41,806 bases of DNA, taken from positions 1-41,806 of the forward strand of contig JBDKJZ010000001.1 of the NCBI GenBank assembly GCA_039796375.1, in the 5' to 3' direction. This DNA comes from Pseudomonadota bacterium. GTDB lineage: Bacteria > Myxococcota_A > Polyangia > Polyangiales > Polyangiaceae. Numbering within the stretch: position 1 is the first letter of the stretch; each line of letters starts with the position of its first letter. The translations under genes were made by a program, and so were the position numbers. Under the pieces are notes generated by a model. That model searched no databases, was not told the DNA's origin, and worked only from the letters and a program-made list of their open reading frames with translations. This document shows, one piece after another, positions 37,164 to 41,806 of this stretch.

Positions 37164-37511
37164 TTGTCGCGTATGCCCGCAGCTCAGCGCCCGGTGGATC
37201 TCAAAATCGGCGGCCGGAATTTCCGAGTTGTCAGCTCAGCTGCGCCCGAGGCCCTGCAACAACTAGGCAGCCTGGTCGAAATCAAGCTCCGAGAGCTGGG
37301 CGGAGTCCAAACTTCGCACCCACAGGCTTTTCTGCTCGTCGCGCTGGCGCTCGCAAACGATCTGGTGGAAGAGCGCGCCGCCCGAACGTCGGAAAAAGGT
37401 GAGGTCGACACGCTCCGTCGTCGCAGCGCGGACTCGGTTCGCGAGATGCTGGTTCGGGTCGATCAAGCGCTCGAACACGTCGACGAACACGGGGCACCTC
37501 TGGGCGCCTAG
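37164..37511 (+). CDS. zapA: cell division protein ZapA
   Basis: PVDLKIGGRNFRVVSSAAPEALQQLGSLVEIKLREL..AFLLVALALANDL parallels E. coli ZapA (PVDIQIFGRSLRVNCP..). The TTG start has GGAG 7 nt upstream; ATG 37173 is an alternative. Confidence 0.8.
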   Translation: MSRMPAAQRPVDLKIGGRNFRVVSSAAPEALQQLGSLVEIKLRELGGVQTSHPQAFLLVALALANDLVEERAARTSEKGEVDTLRRRSADSVREMLVRVDQALEHVDEHGAPLGA

Positions 37512-37561
37512 CGTCCCTGGCACCGTTGTCCCTAGCACCGGCGGGTCCACACCCCGACACG

Positions 37562-38164
37562 CTACCGCAGCGCGCGCACCAAGACGTCAGCGACCAGCTC
37601 AGGAGCGCCGAGGACGGCGTCCGTAGATCGCACGCAGTAGTCGAGTACCGCGATCACGGCAGCGCTCAGCGCCACGAGCCGAAGTTCGTCTGGCCTCCGA
37701 AAGGTGCCCGCATGCGCTCCCGCGTCGCTGAACGCCCGCACCTCAGACAAGATACGTGATGCCACCCGGGCTCGGTCACAGCCGAGCACCACCTGCAGCT
37801 CATCGACCGCCACGTCGACCGCGCGGAACCACCGAGCGCTGAGCTGTTCAGCCGCACCTACCGGAGTTCCCATGTCGACCTCTGTGGCGTCCCAGAGTTC
37901 GACTAGGGAACGCCAGGATTCTTCAAGCACCAGCCCAGTGAGCTCGTCGATGTGAGCAAAGTGACTGTACACGGTGTTCCGGCCGAGTCCCGTCTGCTCA
38001 GCCACGTTAGACATGGTGAACTCGAGTGGGGACTGCTTGCGCAGAGCGAGACGCGCGACCGCAACTATCTGTTCACGCTGTGCTGCAAGTCGTTCTGCAC
38101 GGCTCATCGCCCTGTCGTATTTGCCTCTGGACGGAGCCTTGCCGATATTGGGTTCGGTCGTCAT
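37562..38164 (-). CDS. TetR/AcrR-family transcriptional regulator
   Basis: N-terminal HTH (FTMSNVAEQTGLGRNTVYSHFAHIDEL) followed by a helical ligand-binding domain. Confidence 0.85.
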   Translation of the reverse strand: MTTEPNIGKAPSRGKYDRAMSRAERLAAQREQIVAVARLALRKQSPLEFTMSNVAEQTGLGRNTVYSHFAHIDELTGLVLEESWRSLVELWDATEVDMGTPVGAAEQLSARWFRAVDVAVDELQVVLGCDRARVASRILSEVRAFSDAGAHAGTFRRPDELRLVALSAAVIAVLDYCVRSTDAVLGAPELVADVLVRALR

Positions 38165-38193
38165 AAGTGCACCGGGTTTTTTATGAGCTCACG

Positions 38194-38231
38194 CGCGCAC
38201 TCAAATTTGTCAGCACTGGGCTGAGTGCGCG
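38194..38231. repeat. 10-18-10 inverted repeat upstream of the TetR gene (candidate operator or leader hairpin)
   Basis: CGCGCACTCA (38194-38203) and TGAGTGCGCG (38222-38231) are perfect reverse complements separated by 18 nt. The repeat begins 30 nt upstream of the TetR ATG. Confidence 0.8.
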
Positions 38232-38758
38232 GGGACTATAAACTATCTTCAGTTTTAATGGCTACGAGCTAGCGCGGAAACTGACCGGGATCTCGGGGCA
38301 GCTCGTCGCCTAATAACTACCCTCTGATTTTTATGCCTCGTGCACTGGACGTATCGGCCGGTTGGCCTTCTAGTCACTTTGAGCCATATTCGTTCAGATT
38401 GTTATTAATACTCCGTTGTCTCTATATTCCTCTGCTGCAGGGACCGTCTCGGGCTCCGAAGTGTTGGCTCCTGCGGCTGCTTTTGGGCGGCAGACCTCGG
38501 AGGGTCGAAGCGCAGCTGATTCCTTTAGGGTCGGCTCCTTCTACTTCACCTCTGGCGCGTACATTGGGTGCGGTCTCTCAATGCTGCGCGGCTTCCAACA
38601 ACCTCACGCGTCTTCGCTCGGGAACGCGGCTTCGCCGGCTGCCCAGGGTTCGAGTAGTCCTGTCGATCTTCGGGCTTCGTTCCCTTGGGCTGCGTGCTCG
38701 CCTCCTCGGTCGCCCCGGGAAGCTCAATCCAGGCGCGCTAGACTGTTTTCCGACTTTG

Positions 38759-38796
38759 GCGCGCACTGTGAACGTCTGCGTCCTTCCAGTGCGCGC
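38759..38796. repeat. second 10-18-10 inverted repeat with near-identical arms
   Basis: GCGCGCACTG (38759-38768) and CAGTGCGCGC (38787-38796) are perfect reverse complements separated by 18 nt. It shares the CGCGCACT/AGTGCGCG core with the repeat at 38194. Confidence 0.8.
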
Positions 38797-39177
38797 AACC
38801 TGGGCGTCCCTGTTGCGGTTTAGGTGCGGTGCCGGGAGCCTGGCGGCCCGCCACGAGGGCTCAGAGCGGACCAGCGCGTGATACGGGTCCGCGGAAGGAC
38901 CGGTCTCGCACAGTCTTGTAGCTGAAACGTACAGAATGGCCGCTCGCTTAGTGTTCCCCAGGTTGCGAGTCATTCGCCAGTTGCGCCTGGCGCGGCGGAC
39001 CACGGTACCCCGCGCGGTTGCCGGCGACGCACTGGCTGGGCGCCGTCGTCGCTCGGGGCGCGCCGGGGACTGGTGATGGGGTCGCGCTTCGCGGCGCGCT
39101 CACCGCGTCTGCGCCCTGGTGTGCGCGCTACCCTGAGCCCCTCAGACCCAGCGGGCCGGGCGCCACACCACTGGACA

Positions 39178-39193
39178 TGTTTCACGTGAAACA
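39178..39193. promoter_or_regulatory. parS: parS site (ParB-binding centromere-like site), perfect palindrome
   Basis: TGTTTCACGTGAAACA matches the idealised parS consensus at 16/16. It sits within the 18-bp palindrome ATGTTTCACGTGAAACAT (39177-39194), 47 nt upstream of the bioF start. Confidence 0.9.
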
Positions 39194-39240
39194 TTGTCCA
39201 GGTTGGGTTCGTCGAAGGTCACCTGCTAGGACATCCAAGC

Positions 39241-40398
39241 TTGGAAACGCTCACCGCCCACCTCACCCGCGAGCTCGAAGGTCTAGAAGCAAGATCGCTG
39301 CTCCGAGATCCTGCAGACCCGAGCGCCCGAGTTGCTGAAAGGGCAGCATCGAGTCTCGGCCTCCCCGTCCTCAACGCCTCGGGGAACGACTACCTCGCCC
39401 TGTCCGACCCGCGCGACGACAACGCGGCGAAACCAGTTTCACGTGAAACAGCCCTCGGCGCCGGCGCTTCACGCCTGATACACGGGACCCGCCCGGAACA
39501 CCGGGCGCTAGAGCAAGCGCTGGAGGACTGGCTTCCCGCACCCGCTGTTCTCCTCTTTTCTAGCGGCTACGCGGCAAATGTTGGACTCCTGACGGCGCTC
39601 GCCACTCACGAAGACCTCATCGTTTCTGATGAACTCAACCACGCATCCGTCATCGACGGGTGCCGCCTTTCCCGCGCGACAGTGCGCCGCTACCGGCACT
39701 TGGACACGCAGGACGCGCGCGCCCAGCTTGGTCCGGGCACATTCAGGCGGCGCTGGCTCATCACCGAGAGCTACTTCAGCATGGACGGAGACTCCCCCGA
39801 CCTCGCGGACCTAGCCGAAGCCGCTCGACCCCACGGCGCGGCCTTGCTTGTCGATGAGGCTCACGCGCTTGGAGTGTTTGGCCCACGAGGAGCTGGGCTC
39901 TGCGCTGCCCAGCGAGTGACACCCGACGCGCTGCTAGGGACCTTTGGGAAAGCATTTGGCGGACAAGGCGCGTTTGTAGCGGGTTCCTCTGCCCTTCGAA
40001 CCTGGCTCTGGAATCGGGCGCGCTCATTCATGTACTCCACGGCCCCGAGTCCCCGGCTAGCGCATGGCCTCCAGCAACAGCTAGAGCGCCTCGCGCGCGC
40101 GGATGCCGAAAGAGCGCACCTCCTAGCCATCTGCGCCCGGTTTTCGCAGGCCATCCCCTCTGGTCTTACGACCGCCGGGCGCCATGGCCCAATCTTTCCG
40201 CTGCTCTGCGGAACTCCCCGCGCAGCTCAGGCTGCGGCGAACGAATTCCTCTCGAGGGGCATTCTGGTTCAGGCGATCCGCCCACCCACAGTGCCGGAAG
40301 ACGGGTGCCGGCTCAGGCTGACTCTCTCCGCAAGTTTCACGTGGAACGACGTAGAGCGACTCGAAGAGGCGCTGCTCGGGGCGCTAAGACACCTATGA
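39241..40398 (+). CDS. bioF: 8-amino-7-oxononanoate synthase
   Basis: SGNDYLAL, FSSGYAANVGLL, ESYFSMDGD, VDEAHALG and GTFGKAFGGQG (PLP lysine). The TTG start gives about 50 aa before NDYL, as in E. coli BioF. Confidence 0.9.
   Translation: METLTAHLTRELEGLEARSLLRDPADPSARVAERAASSLGLPVLNASGNDYLALSDPRDDNAAKPVSRETALGAGASRLIHGTRPEHRALEQALEDWLPAPAVLLFSSGYAANVGLLTALATHEDLIVSDELNHASVIDGCRLSRATVRRYRHLDTQDARAQLGPGTFRRRWLITESYFSMDGDSPDLADLAEAARPHGAALLVDEAHALGVFGPRGAGLCAAQRVTPDALLGTFGKAFGGQGAFVAGSSALRTWLWNRARSFMYSTAPSPRLAHGLQQQLERLARADAERAHLLAICARFSQAIPSGLTTAGRHGPIFPLLCGTPRAAQAAANEFLSRGILVQAIRPPTVPEDGCRLRLTLSASFTWNDVERLEEALLGALRHL
39435..39450. promoter_or_regulatory. parS: parS site inside bioF
   Basis: AGTTTCACGTGAAACA matches at 15/16 with a perfect 14-bp core. 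It is read as KPVSRETA in BioF. Confidence 0.85.
40333..40348. promoter_or_regulatory. parS: parS-like site inside the bioF 3' end
   Basis: AGTTTCACGTGGAACG matches the perfect palindrome at 13/16. The reverse complement of its core is GTTCCACGTGAAAC, which fits the GTTNCACGTGAAAC core. Confidence 0.7.
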
Positions 40399-41081
40399 CA
40401 ACCGAACCTCCGAGCAACAACTCACCGTTCCCTACGGGGCGTCTCCTAATCGCCGGAACGGGCACAGGCGTCGGAAAGACATTCGTCGCCAGCCGCCTCA
40501 TCGCTAGCGCTCCGTTAACCGTCTGCTTCGGCGTGAAACCGATCGAGAGCGGGTTCTATCTCCCTGAGTCCGACGCCGCGAAGCTCTCCGAAAATGGGCC
40601 GGGACCCTTCGTTCCCCTCTACGCGCTTAGCAACCCGGTGTCGCCTCATCTCGCAGCTAGACGCGAGGGAAGACGGATCGAACTCGTCGAGGCCGCTCGC
40701 TGGGTCCACGACCATGAACTGGCGCATCCGAACCGACTCTGCATCGTCGAAACCGCGGGGGGACTGTTCACACCGCTCGCGGAGAGGGATTCTCCGCCAA
40801 GCCTCCCTCTCACCAACCTCGACTTGATACTCGCCCTGAGGCCCTGCCGTTGGATCTTAGTCGCCCCAGATCGTCTCGGAGTCCTGAACGACGTGCTCGC
40901 GGCCAAGCAGGCGTCGTGGTCGAGTCTGGGCGCTCCAGACGCGATCTTGCTAAGCGCACCCGACGGACCCAACAACCTCAACACACTTGCTGAGCTGCGA
41001 CGCTTCTGTAGTGAGCCGGTAATCGACGTAGCCCCAGCGGAGTCCCTCTTCTCCCGCTTGTGCTCGCAGCTGCAGCACTGA
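40395..41081 (+). CDS. bioD: dethiobiotin synthetase
   Basis: Refined ATG at 40395 overlaps the bioF stop (ATGA). P-loop LLIAGTGTGVGKTFVA; IVETAGGLFTPL. Confidence 0.85.
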   Translation: MTTEPPSNNSPFPTGRLLIAGTGTGVGKTFVASRLIASAPLTVCFGVKPIESGFYLPESDAAKLSENGPGPFVPLYALSNPVSPHLAARREGRRIELVEAARWVHDHELAHPNRLCIVETAGGLFTPLAERDSPPSLPLTNLDLILALRPCRWILVAPDRLGVLNDVLAAKQASWSSLGAPDAILLSAPDGPNNLNTLAELRRFCSEPVIDVAPAESLFSRLCSQLQH

Positions 41082-41151
41082 CCCCAACGACAGCCCCTTG
41101 AGCCACGCTGCCAGGTACCCTTCATTTCCATCTTTAAGACAAATCTGGATA

Positions 41152-41802
41152 TCAGGGGGCGCCGTTGTCGGCGACGCGGCCGTTCCGAATCGTCAGGACG
41201 TCTGCACCAAACGTCTCCGCCCAGCCCTGCCGATGGCTGACCACGATGATGATCCCGCCCCTGCCCTGCTCCTCCTTCAAGATCCTTTCGAACTGCTCGA
41301 CGCTGCTCAGGTCTAATCCGCTTAGAGGCTCATCGAGCAGCAGGATGCTCGGCGAGTGCACTAGGGCCCGCGCCAGGGCCACCCGCTGCTTTTGCCCGCG
41401 TGACAGCGTCCCGACAGGTTGGTCGAAGAACCGGGTGGCCTGGACGCGCTCCGCTGCCCGATTCACAGCTTCCCGTGCGTTGACTCCGTAGAGCTTAGCG
41501 CAGAGCTCAACGTTCTGCCGGCCCGTGAGCTCCCGATAACAATGGGACTCATGCCCGACCCACCCGATGTGCCGACGGGCGACCACATGGTCTCGCCCCA
41601 TCGGTGCGTAGGTTACATGACCCGACGTCGGCCTAAGAATTGTCCCAACGATCGATAACAACGTGCTCTTCCCGGCGCCGTTCGCTCCCTGAACAAACGT
41701 TGTCGTCCCTCGGCAAAAGTCGTAGTTGATCCCGCGCAAGGCGGCGGTCCCACCAAATAAGCGCGTAACGCCCCTAACTTCGATTCGGTCGATAGCCGTC
41801 AT
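41152..41802 (-). CDS. ABC transporter ATP-binding protein (small CcmA-like size)
   Basis: Walker A GANGAGKSTLL, signature LSRGQKQRVALARAL, Walker B ILLLDEP. The ATG at 41802 or TTG at 41805 lies next to the window edge, so the true start could be outside the window. Confidence 0.85.
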   Translation of the reverse strand: MTAIDRIEVRGVTRLFGGTAALRGINYDFCRGTTTFVQGANGAGKSTLLSIVGTILRPTSGHVTYAPMGRDHVVARRHIGWVGHESHCYRELTGRQNVELCAKLYGVNAREAVNRAAERVQATRFFDQPVGTLSRGQKQRVALARALVHSPSILLLDEPLSGLDLSSVEQFERILKEEQGRGGIIIVVSHRQGWAETFGADVLTIRNGRVADNGAP

Positions 41803-41806
41803 CAAG

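Noticed and set aside
37512-37561. 6S RNA (ssrS) downstream of zapA, as in E. coli
   Set aside because: Only 50 nt separate the zapA stop from the convergent TetR stop, which is too short for a ~180-nt 6S RNA.
38165-38450. The AT-richer segment next to parS as a possible replication origin
   Set aside because: No DnaA-box-like nonamers (TTATCCACA / TGTGGATAA or one-mismatch variants) were seen, and no dnaA or dnaN is nearby. It is more simply the divergent promoter region of the TetR gene.
38640-38670. tRNA T-arm-like string GGTTCGAGTAGTCC
   Set aside because: The loop is too long, and no acceptor, D or anticodon arms can be drawn around it. No GGTTCGAATCC-type T-loop was seen elsewhere in the window.
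38880-38910. SRP RNA-like string GGTCCGCGGAAGGACC
   Set aside because: It resembles AGGUCCGGAAGGAAGCAGC only partly. The conserved GGAAGCAGC continuation and the pairing partner strand are absent.
38333-39338. Several 60-180-aa ORFs on both strands inside the tetR-bioF gap (38333..38881, 38416..38823, 38578..39003, 38970..39194, 39018..39338)
   Set aside because: The translations are dominated by Arg, Ser, Leu, Pro and Ala, with no motifs, no RBS and mutual overlap. The MFHVKH peptides are simply the parS palindrome read in frame. The region is treated as non-coding, though 38416..38823 cannot be excluded completely.

Overview
A 41.8-kb high-GC (about 60-65% by eye) chromosomal segment. It most resembles a Myxococcota genome, judging by a CdnL-type CarD protein, an AgmX/PglI-type C-terminal domain lipoprotein, two DUF4388-like proteins, a PEGA domain, a sigma-54 enhancer-binding protein and many lipoproteins; this assignment is inference. 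The window is mostly housekeeping genes: purC, arfB, coaD, cdnL, rnc, trmL, rph, queE, dapF, an aroK-aroB fusion, zapA and bioF-bioD. These are interspersed with secreted, lipoprotein and signalling genes. I found no rRNA, tRNA, CRISPR array, transposase or integrase. The strongest non-genic signal is a cluster of three parS (ParB-binding) sites at 39.18-40.35 kb, one of them a perfect 16-bp palindrome. It lies next to an unusual ~1.0-kb stretch with no credible coding sequence, between a TetR-family gene and bioF. That stretch carries two near-identical 10-18-10 inverted repeats. Other points worth a second look:
- an orphan FliH/SctL-like protein translationally coupled to an M50 site-2 protease
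- an orphan beta-class DNA methyltransferase
- a 1179-aa receiver/DUF4388-like/PEGA protein
- a lysine-rich histone-like protein encoded by 15-nt tandem repeats
- a perfect 35-bp tandem duplication in the long region upstream of cdnL
- a single-chain double retropepsin-like lipoprotein
- a sulfatase-fold lipoprotein lacking the catalytic motif

One real minus-strand gene at the left edge (1..972) is missing from the supplied ORF track because its stop codon lies outside the window. All family assignments come from motif recognition by eye; no searches were run.
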